Positions 38,226 through 47,519 of a stretch of DNA of 64,000 bases are shown one piece after another. The stretch covers positions 203,504 through 267,503 of the forward strand of contig CAVYSK010000012.1 in the NCBI GenBank assembly GCA_963771155.1. The letters run 5' to 3'. Position 1 is the stretch's first letter, and every line of letters begins with the position of its first letter. The position numbers were made by a program, and so were the translations under genes. This stretch comes from an uncultured Chloroflexia bacterium (GTDB lineage Bacteria > Chloroflexota > Limnocylindria > QHBO01). The notes below the pieces were generated by a model, which worked only from the letters and a program-made list of their open reading frames with translations, had not been told where the DNA came from and ran no database searches.

Positions 38226-39383
38226 TCAGACGCCGAGGATCGACCGTCCCACGAACACCGCCGCGGCCAGGCCGGAGGTCACGACCACGCCCACCAGTCG
38301 CGGCCACCAGGCTCGCGCCATGATCGCCCCGACCGAGGTGGCAGGTCCGGCCAGCACGAGCCCGAGCGAGGTCAGCCGACCGACGTCGCTGGCGGGGTCC
38401 GGGAGCCGCCCCAGCGCCGTCGCCGCACCCCACACGGCCCCGGCACCGACCAACGGCAGCAGCACGAACGCGGCGGACGGTCGCGGCCGACCCAGTCGTG
38501 CGGTCGCCCGCCCGCGAACGCTCCATCGCCGTCGCGCAGGCTCCGCGACGGTCGGCGCGGCCACGGCCGGCGCCGATTCGGGGATCGCGATCCGCGCCGG
38601 GAGCGCCGCCGCGGCAAGGTCTTCGGCCTGGGCGCTCGCAGCGGCAGCCTCGCCCTCGCGCGCAAGCCGGTCCTCGAGCTCGGCACGCTCGATGCCGGTC
38701 AGGTAGTGGGGCTCCGGCTCAGCGGCCTCGAAGTCGGCCGGCCCGAGGTCGGGCTCGGCAACGGGCTCGGGCGCAGGCTCCGGCGCCGGTTCCGGTTCCG
38801 GGGCAGCCTCGACCGGCGGCGTCACGCTCGTCAGCTGCTCGAGGCGCTGCCGCGCACGCGCGGCCCGCGACAGGGCGTCGATCAGGTCCGGTTCCGAGGC
38901 GGCGGCGATCGCCAGGCGGCCGCGCTCGGTGGGCACGAGGATGGCGGTCGGGGTGCGCGCGAGGCGCACAATGTCGATCGTCTCCTCCCCGCGCAGTCGC
39001 GCGTGGCCGACGGCCCATCCCAGGATGCCGGTCCGCGCGTGCAGCGCCGACGCGTTGGCGCCACGCAGCCGCACGCGCGTGACCGGCCCCGGCACGAGCC
39101 CGTAGACACGCTCGCCCCACAGCCAGCGGAGCCGGACCGCGGCCTCCTCGATCTCGAGGCGAATGCTGAGCAGCCAGGCGGCCATCACCAGCCCGACGAC
39201 GCCGATCAGCGCGCCACCGGCGACCATGGCGATCCAGGAGGGCTCGGGTGCTTGCATCGGCCCCAGCCAGGCAGCGGCCGCCAGGCCGGCGCCGACCAGC
39301 ATCAGCAGGCCGGGAAGCACGAGCAGCCGGCCGGTGCTCCGCGCCAGGCGGATACGGGCGATCGGCGGGACGCGCGACGGCAC
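38226..39383 (-). CDS. Polytopic membrane protein of unknown function (N-terminal 2-TM plus PH-like module, Pro/Glu linker, C-terminal TM bundle)
   Basis: 385-aa ORF with high GC3 and hydrophobic segments (LLVLPGLLMLVGAGLAAAAW, IAMVAGGALIGVVGLVMAAWLL, C-terminal AAFVLLPLVGAGAVWGAA etc.). It starts 4 nt after the GT2 gene stop. I recognise no family. Confidence 0.6.
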   Translation of the reverse strand: MPSRVPPIARIRLARSTGRLLVLPGLLMLVGAGLAAAAWLGPMQAPEPSWIAMVAGGALIGVVGLVMAAWLLSIRLEIEEAAVRLRWLWGERVYGLVPGPVTRVRLRGANASALHARTGILGWAVGHARLRGEETIDIVRLARTPTAILVPTERGRLAIAAASEPDLIDALSRAARARQRLEQLTSVTPPVEAAPEPEPAPEPAPEPVAEPDLGPADFEAAEPEPHYLTGIERAELEDRLAREGEAAAASAQAEDLAAAALPARIAIPESAPAVAAPTVAEPARRRWSVRGRATARLGRPRPSAAFVLLPLVGAGAVWGAATALGRLPDPASDVGRLTSLGLVLAGPATSVGAIMARAWWPRLVGVVVTSGLAAAVFVGRSILGV

Positions 39384-39386
39384 CGG

Positions 39387-41060
39387 TCAGGCCTTTTCGG
39401 TGACGCGGTACTCCAGGTACCGCCCAGTGAGCAGCCGGGTCTGCGCATCCAGCGCCGGGAGCGTGCTGAACACGACGCCGACGAACGGCAGGGCAAGCCA
39501 CTGGAGGTAGCTCACCACGCGCTCGACCCGTCCCCACTCGGGCGGCCGCGGGGGCACGATCCGGGTCTCTACGACGACAAGCACGAGCAGGCTCACGAGT
39601 GCCAGGGTCAGCATCGTGCTGGCGAAGATCGGCAGGTTCTGCCCGAGCGTGGTCTCCGCGAAGGCCGGGTTCAGGAGCAGCGGGACCGTCGCGCCGAACG
39701 TGATCACGAACGGGGCGATCGCCCAGTTGATGTGCTCCCCGAACAGGTTCGCCACGCGCCAGAAGCGCGACCAGAACGGGATCTCGTTGTGGCGAATGGC
39801 GTTCTGGATGACGAACGGGATGTCCGTCACGCCCCATGCCCAGCGACGGACCTGGAGGTACTGCTCGGCCATGGTGCGCCAATACGTCCTGGCCCGGACC
39901 GCGTCGCCGTAGATCGGCATGAACAGCGGGACGGCCCGGAAGCGCTCGCCATAACGGAAGTAGCTCTTCCAGTAGAAGCGGCTGTCCTCGGGAATTGCGT
40001 CGGTGGCCCAATAACCGACGTCATGCACGAGGTGCAGGGTTGTCGAGTACGAGCTGAAGCTGACGAGCTTCTCGGGCAGCACGCTGCGCCACATCTGGAG
40101 CTGGGTCAGGATCGCGGCGAACAGGCGCTGGAAGATCGGTGCCTGCCAGATGTTGTTGTGGAGATATGGGATCGGCTGGTAGAGCTGGGTCTCCCGGTTC
40201 GCATCGGTCAGGTGCACCCACGACAGGTAGGCGAAGTACTGCGGGTGGACGCGGAAGTCCGAATCGAGGTCGGTGACGATGATCCGATGCGGATCCATCC
40301 CGCGCTCGCGGACGAGCAGGCGGTACAGGTACTTGCCGCCCCACGCCATGGCGCTCGACTTGCCGATCACGATCCCCGGCTCCAGCGGGTCGAGGATGTG
40401 GATGAAGTCCGCGAACTCGTTCCCGAACTCCTCGCGCAGGGTCTGCACGTTCGCGATGCCGTCGGCGTCGGTCTCGCGGGTGATGATCGCGCAGATCTTG
40501 CGTTCCCTCGGCCACTCGGCATCGGCCAGAGCCTTGACCGTGTGCCGCAGCTTCTCCAGCGGCTCGGTGTACGTTGGGATGAGCGCGAGGTGGACCAGCT
40601 CGTCAACGCGAGGAGGCGGCTCGGCGAGCGCCTCGACCGCCTTCATCGCAGCCAGCTCGTTCTGCAGCTGCCGCCGAGCCGGGGCGGCAGTGCTGCCCGC
40701 GACGACCCCGAGTGCTTCGCGTGGTCGCTCGCCCCCGAGCATTCCTTCCAGCTCCATCCGCCGGCCGGCCGGGTCCGCGAGCGTGGCGACGCGCGCGGTC
40801 CAGTCGATCGCCTGCACGCGCCGGATGCGCCGGAAGGCAACGATCACGGCGCCGCTGAACCACAGTGAGCGGCATAGCCAGTAGAAGATGAAGCTCAGCA
40901 CGAAGTAGGCGACGAGCGATGGATAGCTGAAGCTCAGCCACACCGGCAGGATGAGCACGGCCCAGGAGATGGTGCCGGGCACCATCTCGAGCAGCCGTCC
41001 GAGCCAGAGGTAACGGTCGCGGTTGTCCGTGTTCGTCATGGATGTCGCTCGCCCAGCCAC
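39387..41060 (-). CDS. Integral-membrane family-2 glycosyltransferase (processive synthase type, QxxRW motif)
   Basis: 557-aa ORF with N- and C-terminal TM segments. The cytoplasmic domain has LIPTYTEP, DLDSD and QVRRWAWG (D,D,D,QxxRW architecture of cellulose/chitin/hyaluronan-synthase-like GT2 enzymes). Confidence 0.75.
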   Translation of the reverse strand: MAGRATSMTNTDNRDRYLWLGRLLEMVPGTISWAVLILPVWLSFSYPSLVAYFVLSFIFYWLCRSLWFSGAVIVAFRRIRRVQAIDWTARVATLADPAGRRMELEGMLGGERPREALGVVAGSTAAPARRQLQNELAAMKAVEALAEPPPRVDELVHLALIPTYTEPLEKLRHTVKALADAEWPRERKICAIITRETDADGIANVQTLREEFGNEFADFIHILDPLEPGIVIGKSSAMAWGGKYLYRLLVRERGMDPHRIIVTDLDSDFRVHPQYFAYLSWVHLTDANRETQLYQPIPYLHNNIWQAPIFQRLFAAILTQLQMWRSVLPEKLVSFSSYSTTLHLVHDVGYWATDAIPEDSRFYWKSYFRYGERFRAVPLFMPIYGDAVRARTYWRTMAEQYLQVRRWAWGVTDIPFVIQNAIRHNEIPFWSRFWRVANLFGEHINWAIAPFVITFGATVPLLLNPAFAETTLGQNLPIFASTMLTLALVSLLVLVVVETRIVPPRPPEWGRVERVVSYLQWLALPFVGVVFSTLPALDAQTRLLTGRYLEYRVTEKA

Positions 41061-41100
41061 GCGGCCGGTGGTGACACTGCCGGTCGGCCGCGCCGCCCTC

Positions 41101-42063
41101 TCAGTAGACCGGGGTCAGCCAGTCGCGATATGCAGCCAGCTTGCCACGGACCGCGTCGAAGTAGATCCGCGACAGGTCCCTCGTGACTTGGCCCGGACGG
41201 CCGGTGGCGATCGGACGCCGATCGATCTCGATCACCGGGCTGATCTGGGCGCCGGTTCCGCACAGGAAGACTTCGTCGGCCACGTAGAGCTCGGTGCGAT
41301 CGATGCCGCGCTCTTCGACGGGGATCCCGAGTTCGTCCCGGGCGATCTCCATCAGCCGGCCGCGCGTGATGCCCTCGAGGATGTTGTCCGTCACCGGAGG
41401 CGTGATCAACGTCCCGTCCTTCACCATGAACAGGTTCTCGGCGCTCCCCTCGCTCACATGCCCGTCGTCGGCAAGGACGATCGCCTCGTCGAAGCCATTG
41501 AGCTGGGCTTCGCTCTTCGCGAGCGCGCCGTTCACGTACGCCCCGGTGATCTTGCCGCGTGCCGGGATGGCGTTGTCGTCGGTCCGGCGCCAGCTGCTGA
41601 CCTGGGCGCGGATGCCGCCCTCGGTGTCGATGTACTGGCCGAACGGAACGCCGAAGATCGTGATGTCGGCATCCAGGTTGTGGAGGCGGACGCCGATAGT
41701 CTCGGAGCTCTTGTAGACGATCGGGCGGACGTAGACGTCCTCGCGAAGGTTGTCCCGGCGCAGGAGCTCGACCGTGATCTCGGCCAGCTCCTCGGGGCTC
41801 TGCCTGACCTCCATGAGGAGCAGGCGGGCCGACGCATGGATCCGGCGGTAGTGCGCCAGGAGCTCCAGCGCATAGAGCTGCTCGTCGTCGGCGTTCCAGT
41901 AGGCGCGGATGCCCTCGAAGACGGCGGTGCCGTAGTTGAAGCCATGCGTCATCACGTTGATGTTCGCGTCGCGGAGCGGTACGAAGTCGCCACGGAAGTA
42001 CGCCCACAGCTCCGTGGTCGCCTGCGCCGTCGCGGCGTGCGGATCGGTCTCCTGCTTCAGCAC
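41101..42063 (-). CDS. ilvE: Branched-chain amino acid aminotransferase
   Basis: 320-aa ORF with FEGIRAYW, PARGKITGAYVN, EGSAENLFMV and TGTGAQISPV, typical of class IV aminotransferases. Confidence 0.92.
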   Translation of the reverse strand: MLKQETDPHAATAQATTELWAYFRGDFVPLRDANINVMTHGFNYGTAVFEGIRAYWNADDEQLYALELLAHYRRIHASARLLLMEVRQSPEELAEITVELLRRDNLREDVYVRPIVYKSSETIGVRLHNLDADITIFGVPFGQYIDTEGGIRAQVSSWRRTDDNAIPARGKITGAYVNGALAKSEAQLNGFDEAIVLADDGHVSEGSAENLFMVKDGTLITPPVTDNILEGITRGRLMEIARDELGIPVEERGIDRTELYVADEVFLCGTGAQISPVIEIDRRPIATGRPGQVTRDLSRIYFDAVRGKLAAYRDWLTPVY

Positions 42064-42131
42064 TCATGTCCTCCGATGATCGGTTCGGCACGCCGATGGC
42101 GTCGCGCCGCAGTATACCCGCGAGGCCCCGA

Positions 42132-43073
42132 TCAGCCCGCCGGCGGCGATTGCTCCGCCACGCCACGATCGCGCGTCACGATGAGCGAGACGGCGATGGA
42201 GATCAGAAGGATCCCGACGATGATGCCGAGCGACAGCCACACATCGAGGTGAACTATGTCGCTGACGAGCATCTTCAGGCCAGCAAAGGCGAGCAGCGCG
42301 GCCAGGCCGAACTTCAGGTACTCGAAGCGGTCGATCAGGCCGGCCAGGAGGAAGTAGAGCGAGCGCAGGCCCATGATCGCGAACGCGTTCGAGGTGAAGA
42401 CGATGAACGTGTCGGTCGTGATGGCCAGGATCGCGGGGACGCTGTCGATCGCGAACATGATGTCGCTGGTCTCGATCGCCACGAGCGCCGCGAACAACGG
42501 CGTCGCCCACAGGATTGCCTCCCGACGGACGAAGAAGTGCTGGCCCTCGTATGACTCCGTCACGCGCACGAATCGGCGCATCAGGCGCAGTACGGGGTTG
42601 GCACTCGGGTCCACGTGCTCGGTACCGGTCGTGACCATCCGCCACGCGGTGAAGAGCAGGAGGATGCCGAACACGTAGACCACGAAGTGGAACGACTCCA
42701 GCAGGGCCGTGCCGGCGAGGATGAAGATCGCGCGGAACACGATCGCGCCGAGAACGCCCCAGAAAAGCAGCCGATGCTGGTACTGCGGCGGGACGGCGAA
42801 GTACCCGAACAGCACCGCGAAGACGAACACGTTGTCCATCGAGAGCGAGTACTCGATGATGTAGCCGGCGAGATACTCCGCGCCCTTCGTGGCGCCCTGG
42901 GTGAGGAAGATCCAACCGCCGAACGCGAGCCCGAGCGCAACCCAGATCCCGACCCAGGCCGCGGCCTCGCGCATCCTGACCGTGCGTGCCTCGCGATGGA
43001 ACACGAAGAGGTCGAAGGCCAGCAGGCCACCGACGGCCACGGCGAAGATGATCCACGAGACGTATTCGGGCAC
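42132..43073 (-). CDS. TerC family integral membrane protein (Alx/YkoY-like, putative Mn export)
   Basis: GTG at 43073 lies 6 nt after GGAGGA. Contains EYSLSMDNVFVF, FAIDSVPAIL and multiple TM helices. The track ORF start at 43136 would run through the riboswitch. Confidence 0.88.
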   Translation of the reverse strand: MPEYVSWIIFAVAVGGLLAFDLFVFHREARTVRMREAAAWVGIWVALGLAFGGWIFLTQGATKGAEYLAGYIIEYSLSMDNVFVFAVLFGYFAVPPQYQHRLLFWGVLGAIVFRAIFILAGTALLESFHFVVYVFGILLLFTAWRMVTTGTEHVDPSANPVLRLMRRFVRVTESYEGQHFFVRREAILWATPLFAALVAIETSDIMFAIDSVPAILAITTDTFIVFTSNAFAIMGLRSLYFLLAGLIDRFEYLKFGLAALLAFAGLKMLVSDIVHLDVWLSLGIIVGILLISIAVSLIVTRDRGVAEQSPPAG

Positions 43074-43084
43074 TGCACGTCCTC

Positions 43085-43215
43085 CTGCGGTCCGGACCGA
43101 AGGTCTCTCCCGACCAGAAGGATCGGCCGACGTCACCGGGCGGGATCAGGGTGGTCCCACCGTCCTGACGATGACGCCTGAGTGGGGTACTCCCCCTCGG
43201 GCTCAGGCGAGTGTC
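43085..43215 (-). promoter_or_regulatory. yybP-ykoY-type (manganese) riboswitch leader of the TerC gene
   Basis: The minus strand reads CCGAGGGGGAGUACCCCACUCAGG ... GGUCGGGAGAGACCUUCGG. This matches the two conserved blocks I recall for RF00080 (GGGGAGUAG... and ...GAGAGACC), with flanks able to pair (CCGAGG/CCUUCGG). Genes downstream of this riboswitch class are typically of the TerC/Alx/YkoY family. Confidence 0.7.
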
Positions 43216-43234
43216 GCCCGAATCGGCGAGACGG

Positions 43235-43582
43235 TCAACTTGCCGTGACGAGGATGCCCGCCACCAGACCGGCGCCGAGCAGGCCCAGGACGACGAGCGC
43301 AACGACGGCATGACGCCGTTCTCCGCGCCGATGGAACCCGAGCGCCGCCACGGCAAGGACGGCGGCCGGCAGCAGCGTGAGCCCCAGGAGGCCGATGCCG
43401 ATCACGGTCCCCCCACCACCGCCGCCGAGCAGCTGGAGCAGCGGCTGCGCGCCTGGTTCCTCGCCGGAGGCAAGCAGGAGCAGGTAGCCCGCGGCCACGG
43501 CGGCCATGGCGGCCAGCGTGCCGATGCGCAGGACCGCGGCGATCCCCCCGCCCAGGAGGTCCGGCCCACGCGACCCGCTCAT
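43235..43582 (-). CDS. DUF1634-like small membrane protein
   Basis: 115-aa ORF with 3-4 hydrophobic helices. It has a 4-nt overlap with the upstream TauE/SafE gene, the usual pairing for DUF1634. The family is recalled from context, not from motifs. Confidence 0.6.
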   Translation of the reverse strand: MSGSRGPDLLGGGIAAVLRIGTLAAMAAVAAGYLLLLASGEEPGAQPLLQLLGGGGGGTVIGIGLLGLTLLPAAVLAVAALGFHRRGERRHAVVALVVLGLLGAGLVAGILVTAS

Positions 43583-44388
43583 GACCAGTTCACCGCGCGG
43601 AGCGCCATCTGGACCGCGACGTACAGGACGACCACCACGAACAGCGCCACGAGCCAGTTCGAGCGCAACCGCGCCGAGACGCCGGCGCCGACGGCTGCTC
43701 CGACCGCCACCCCCAGCACCACCGGCGCAGCAAGCCCGGGGTTGACGTCACCACGGAACAGATACGCGTAGGCGCCCGCTGCGGCAGTGATGCCGATCAT
43801 GAAGTTCGAGGTCGTGACCGCCACCCGTATCGGGGCGCCCATCACGAGGTGGACGAGCGGCACGGTCACGATTCCGCCGCCGACCCCGAGCAGGCCGGAT
43901 ACATTTCCTGCCAGGAACGAGCCGCCGATTGCAGCCGGAAGGCGGCGGGTCCGATAGGCCGGGGCGGTCGGCCCGTCGGGCGCGGACGGATCGGCGCCAC
44001 GCTCGGCCGACTCTCCAGCGGTCGGCCGCACGATGCCGCGGGCCATCGTCAGCGCCGTGTAGGCCAGCAGCGCGGCGAACATGCCGGCCAACAGACGCTC
44101 GGGCAGGAAGCCGGCGACGACCGCACCGGTCAGGGCACCCACGACCGTGCCTGCCGCCAGAGTGATCCCGAGGCGGACGTCGGCCCGTCCGGCGCGCACG
44201 TTGATCGCCGCGGCACCGGTGGAGGTGGCGATGACGCAGATCAGGCTCGTGGCGACGGCGGTCGTCAGCGGCACGTCGAAGCCGAGCGTCAGGATCGGGA
44301 CGATGAGAATCCCGCCGCCGAGCCCGAGCAATGCGCCGAATGCACCGGCCACGAGGCCGCTGAGGGCAAGCAGCAGATCGGTGGGCAT
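43579..44388 (-). CDS. TauE/SafE family anion (sulfite-type) exporter
   Basis: 269-aa ORF with 7-8 TM segments and an internal duplication, each half having the G-rich LLGxGGGxxxVP motif (ALLGLGGGILIVP / GLLGVGGGIVTVP). Confidence 0.85.
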   Translation of the reverse strand: MPTDLLLALSGLVAGAFGALLGLGGGILIVPILTLGFDVPLTTAVATSLICVIATSTGAAAINVRAGRADVRLGITLAAGTVVGALTGAVVAGFLPERLLAGMFAALLAYTALTMARGIVRPTAGESAERGADPSAPDGPTAPAYRTRRLPAAIGGSFLAGNVSGLLGVGGGIVTVPLVHLVMGAPIRVAVTTSNFMIGITAAAGAYAYLFRGDVNPGLAAPVVLGVAVGAAVGAGVSARLRSNWLVALFVVVVLYVAVQMALRAVNWS

Positions 44389-44436
44389 CGGCGTTCGAAC
44401 GACGGCCGGCCCCTGGCGGGCCGGCCGGTCATCGCG

Positions 44437-44706
44437 CTACGGGCGGAGGTGCTGCGGGGCGTACGGCAGCAGCGCGACGTGACGAGCGCGCTTCAGCGCG
44501 GTCGTCAGCATCCGCTGGTGGCGGGCGCAGGTGCCTGTCTTCCGACGCGGCTCGATCTTCGCGCGCTCGCTGAGGTAGCGGCGAAGGCGGTTCACTTCCT
44601 TGTAGTCGATGCTCTCGGCCTTGTCGACGCAGAAGTTGCACACCTTGCGGCGACGCCGGTCGCGGTAGTAGTCCGCCGCCTCGCGGCGAGATCGTGGGCT
44701 TGCCAT
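44437..44706 (-). CDS. rpsR: 30S ribosomal protein S18
   Basis: 89-aa ORF with [43 protein letters not shown]. Confidence 0.95.
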   Translation of the reverse strand: MASPRSRREAADYYRDRRRRKVCNFCVDKAESIDYKEVNRLRRYLSERAKIEPRRKTGTCARHQRMLTTALKRARHVALLPYAPQHLRP

Positions 44707-44740
44707 GGGTTCTGTCGGTCCTCAGTGGTTCGTGATCGAT

Positions 44741-45199
44741 CTAGAAGGGGATGTCGTCAACGTCCATCTCGGTGCCGGGCGCGGACGAGCCGCGCTGCTC
44801 GGCGCCGCGCGGGCGCACCGCCGGCGGGGCGTCGCCGTAGCTGCCGCCCCCGTCGGCACCGTCCTCGCGGGCGCGGCGCTCGAGATTGACGACGCGAGCG
44901 AAGCGGAGCTCGAGACTCGTGCGCTTCTGGCCGTCGTTGCCCTCGTACTCGCGGGCGCGCAACTCCCCCTCGGCGTAGACCTTGTTGCCCTTGCGGAACT
45001 GCTCGGCGGCTCGCTCGGCCGCCTGGTCCCACACCTCGACGCGCAGCCACAGGGTCTCCTCGACCCACTCTCCATCGGGGCCGCGGCGGTTGCTGTTCAC
45101 GGCAACCCGGAGATTCGTGACGGCCTTGCCGCTGGGCGTGTAGCGCAGCTCTGGGTCGGCCCCGAGGTTGCCGATGATCATCATCTTGTTCAGGGACAT
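44741..45199 (-). CDS. ssb: Single-stranded DNA-binding protein
   Basis: 152-aa ORF with NKMMIIGNLGADPELRYTPSGKAV, an OB fold, a Gly-rich linker and an acidic tip DVDDIPF. Confidence 0.95.
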   Translation of the reverse strand: MSLNKMMIIGNLGADPELRYTPSGKAVTNLRVAVNSNRRGPDGEWVEETLWLRVEVWDQAAERAAEQFRKGNKVYAEGELRAREYEGNDGQKRTSLELRFARVVNLERRAREDGADGGGSYGDAPPAVRPRGAEQRGSSAPGTEMDVDDIPF

Positions 45200-45226
45200 G
45201 CCGGCTCCTTCTCTTCCTTGCGGCGG

Positions 45227-45802
45227 TCAGCCCTCGGTGCGCTCGTCATCAGGTGCCTCGGACGCGTCGTCTGCCGCATCGGCGGTGACGGCAACGGGTG
45301 TGGGCTTGGGCTCGGGCTCGACGTCGGCGGACACGTCGACGCGCGCGTCATCGCGCGCGTCATCGCTCGTGTCGTCGGACGTGACATCGCTGGTGACATC
45401 GGACGGTTCGTAGCCGATGCCGCCAGACGTGTCGACGTCATCGTTGGTGTCCACGGCATCCTCGTCATCGGTCGAGCGGGCGGCGGCAGCCGGCGCGATC
45501 TCGTCGACCGGACCGCGGTCCTCGAGCACGGTGACGAGGTGTCGCAGGATCTCCTCGCTGATGAGCATCCCGCGTTCGATCTCGCGGACCTGAGACGGCT
45601 CGATGTCGAAATGAATCAGGAAGTAGCTCGCCTCGCGATGATGCTGGATGTCGTAGGCGAGTCGTCGCTTGCCCCACGGCGAGACCTTGCTGAGGCTGCC
45701 GCCGGCGTTGACGATGGCGCGGGTGACCTTCTCCACCGCGGCCTGGAGCTTGTCGTCCTCCAGGTCGGGACGGAGCAGGAGCATGAGCTCGTATCGGCGC
45801 AT
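45227..45802 (-). CDS. rpsF: 30S ribosomal protein S6 with an acidic repeat-containing C-terminal extension of about 95 aa
   Basis: Internal ATG at 45802 gives MRRYELMLLLRPDLEDD...WGKRRLAYDI...YFLIHF. The tail contains SDVTSDVTSDDTSDDARDDARVD. Confidence 0.92.
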   Translation of the reverse strand: MRRYELMLLLRPDLEDDKLQAAVEKVTRAIVNAGGSLSKVSPWGKRRLAYDIQHHREASYFLIHFDIEPSQVREIERGMLISEEILRHLVTVLEDRGPVDEIAPAAAARSTDDEDAVDTNDDVDTSGGIGYEPSDVTSDVTSDDTSDDARDDARVDVSADVEPEPKPTPVAVTADAADDASEAPDDERTEG

Positions 45803-46007
45803 GAGATGCGTCGGACTCCTCTCTCTGGGATTGCGGCGCTCGGCAGCGGGCGCTGGCCGGCACGGCAGAAAGGGGTTGGGTTGACATGACCACGCCTCCA
45901 CGATCGGGAGGCGCGGCGCCAAGTATAGCCGTGGCGGCTCGCCCCCGCCAACGGCCGATGACCCGGCCCGTATACTCGGGCGCAATCACGTAGCTGCCAC
46001 GGATGAC

Positions 46008-47237
46008 ATGCCGGCCAACCCGATCCTGATCTGCGCCCGCAGCCCCGAGCTCCGCACGGAGCTCGAGGCGGCGCTGGCGGGCGCCGGGTACGGGACGAAG
46101 GCGGTCGGCACCCCGGCCGATGCGGTGGCTGCCATGCGGAACCAGCAGCCGGACCTCATTGTGGCCGAGGGGCTTGCGGCGTCCGGTGCGATCGCCTCCC
46201 TGCGGACGGCGGGCACTGGTGGTGTCACGCCGATCCTGGTCGTCGCCCCCGCGCGTGACGTGGAGGCCCGCATCGCGTTCCTCGAGGCAGGCGCCGACGA
46301 CGTCATCGACGGCGGATTCGACCGCGGCGAGCTAGAGGGGCGGGTGATGGCGCTCCTCATCCGGTCCGGCAAGGTCACTCCCGAACTCGCGTCGCGGGCC
46401 ACCACTGGGGAGCTGATCTCGTTCTTCAGCCCGAAGGGCGGCGTGGGGACGACGACGCTGGCCGTGAACACGGCTGTGCTGCTGGCAGGTGGTGGAGCAC
46501 CGCCGCCGGCCGGCGCGAATGGAAGCGGCCCGTCGATTCCAGCCTCGCGCGTCCTCATCATCGACCTCGACCTCCAGTTCGGCCAGGTCGCCACTCATCT
46601 CAACGTCACGCCGCGCTACGACGTGGCCGTCCTTGCCACCGACGACCAGGCCCTCGCCGATCCGGAGCTGGCGCGCACGTACCTGACCGTCCACAGCTCC
46701 GGGCTCTCGGTGCTCGGCGCGCCGCCGCGGCCGGAGGCCGACTTCCGGGTGACGCTCGAGCAGCTGCAGGCGATCATCGAGCTGATGCGGCCATCGTTCG
46801 ACCACATCGTCGTCGACCTCGGCAGCCGCCTCGATCCCCGGACGCTGTGGGTCCTCGAGCAATCCGACGCCCACGTCTTCGTCCTCTTCCCGGAGATCGC
46901 CGCGCTGCGTGCGATGAGTCTTCTCATGGCCTTCCTCGCCGACACCACGCCGCTCAAGGCGCGGACGCATCTCGTCGTCAACCACGTGTTCCCGAAGGAG
47001 CTGCTGAAGACGCGGGACGTGGAGAACCTGCTCCGGGCCAAGCCGGCCGCGGAGATCCCCTACACCGAGGTCGAGATGATCCGTTCGGTCAACGAGGGCG
47101 TGCCACTCGTCATCGCCCGCTCGGCCTCGCCTGCCGCGGTGGCGATGCGGCGCGTGGCGCAGGCCGTTATCGGAATCGACCAGCAGACGCCAACGGCCAA
47201 GAAGCAGGATCGCCGAAAGCTGTTCGGGCGCCGATAG
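46008..47237 (+). CDS. Receiver-like domain fused to a MinD/ParA-type ATPase (CpaE/TadZ-like)
   Basis: 409-aa ORF. The N-terminal CheY-like fold has DLIVAEG where canonical receivers have the phospho-acceptor Asp. The C-terminal part has FFSPKGGVGTTTLAVN (deviant Walker A) and IVVDLG. Confidence 0.75.
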   Translation: MPANPILICARSPELRTELEAALAGAGYGTKAVGTPADAVAAMRNQQPDLIVAEGLAASGAIASLRTAGTGGVTPILVVAPARDVEARIAFLEAGADDVIDGGFDRGELEGRVMALLIRSGKVTPELASRATTGELISFFSPKGGVGTTTLAVNTAVLLAGGGAPPPAGANGSGPSIPASRVLIIDLDLQFGQVATHLNVTPRYDVAVLATDDQALADPELARTYLTVHSSGLSVLGAPPRPEADFRVTLEQLQAIIELMRPSFDHIVVDLGSRLDPRTLWVLEQSDAHVFVLFPEIAALRAMSLLMAFLADTTPLKARTHLVVNHVFPKELLKTRDVENLLRAKPAAEIPYTEVEMIRSVNEGVPLVIARSASPAAVAMRRVAQAVIGIDQQTPTAKKQDRRKLFGRR

Positions 47238-47240
47238 GGC

Positions 47241-47324
47241 TGGTGCCGGAGGAGGGATTCGAACCCCCACGCCCGAAGGCCGCCGGGTTTAAGCCGGCTG
47301 CGTCTGCCGTTCCGCCACTCCGGC
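47241..47324 (-). tRNA. tRNA-Leu (anticodon UAA), CCA encoded
   Basis: Minus strand GCCGGAGTGGCGGAACGGCAGACGCAGCCGGCTTAAACCCGGCGGCCTTCGGGCGTGGGGGTTCGAATCCCTCCTCCGGCACCA. It has a 7-bp acceptor stem, anticodon loop CUUAAAC, a long variable arm and a TTCGAAT T-loop. Confidence 0.93.
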
Positions 47325-47519
47325 ACATGCGGACAGGCACGAGAGCGTAGCGCACCGCCGCCGTGTCGCCTATCCGGGGGCCGCATGGCGTCGCCAGGCC
47401 TTATCGGGGTCCCCGAGGTTCGCTGGTCCGGGCGAGCAGGTCCCGAATCCCTATCCTGGCGAGACTCGTGCCTCAGCTTCCGAAGGAACAGTTCACGATG
47501 TTCATCGTTCGGGGTCCGC

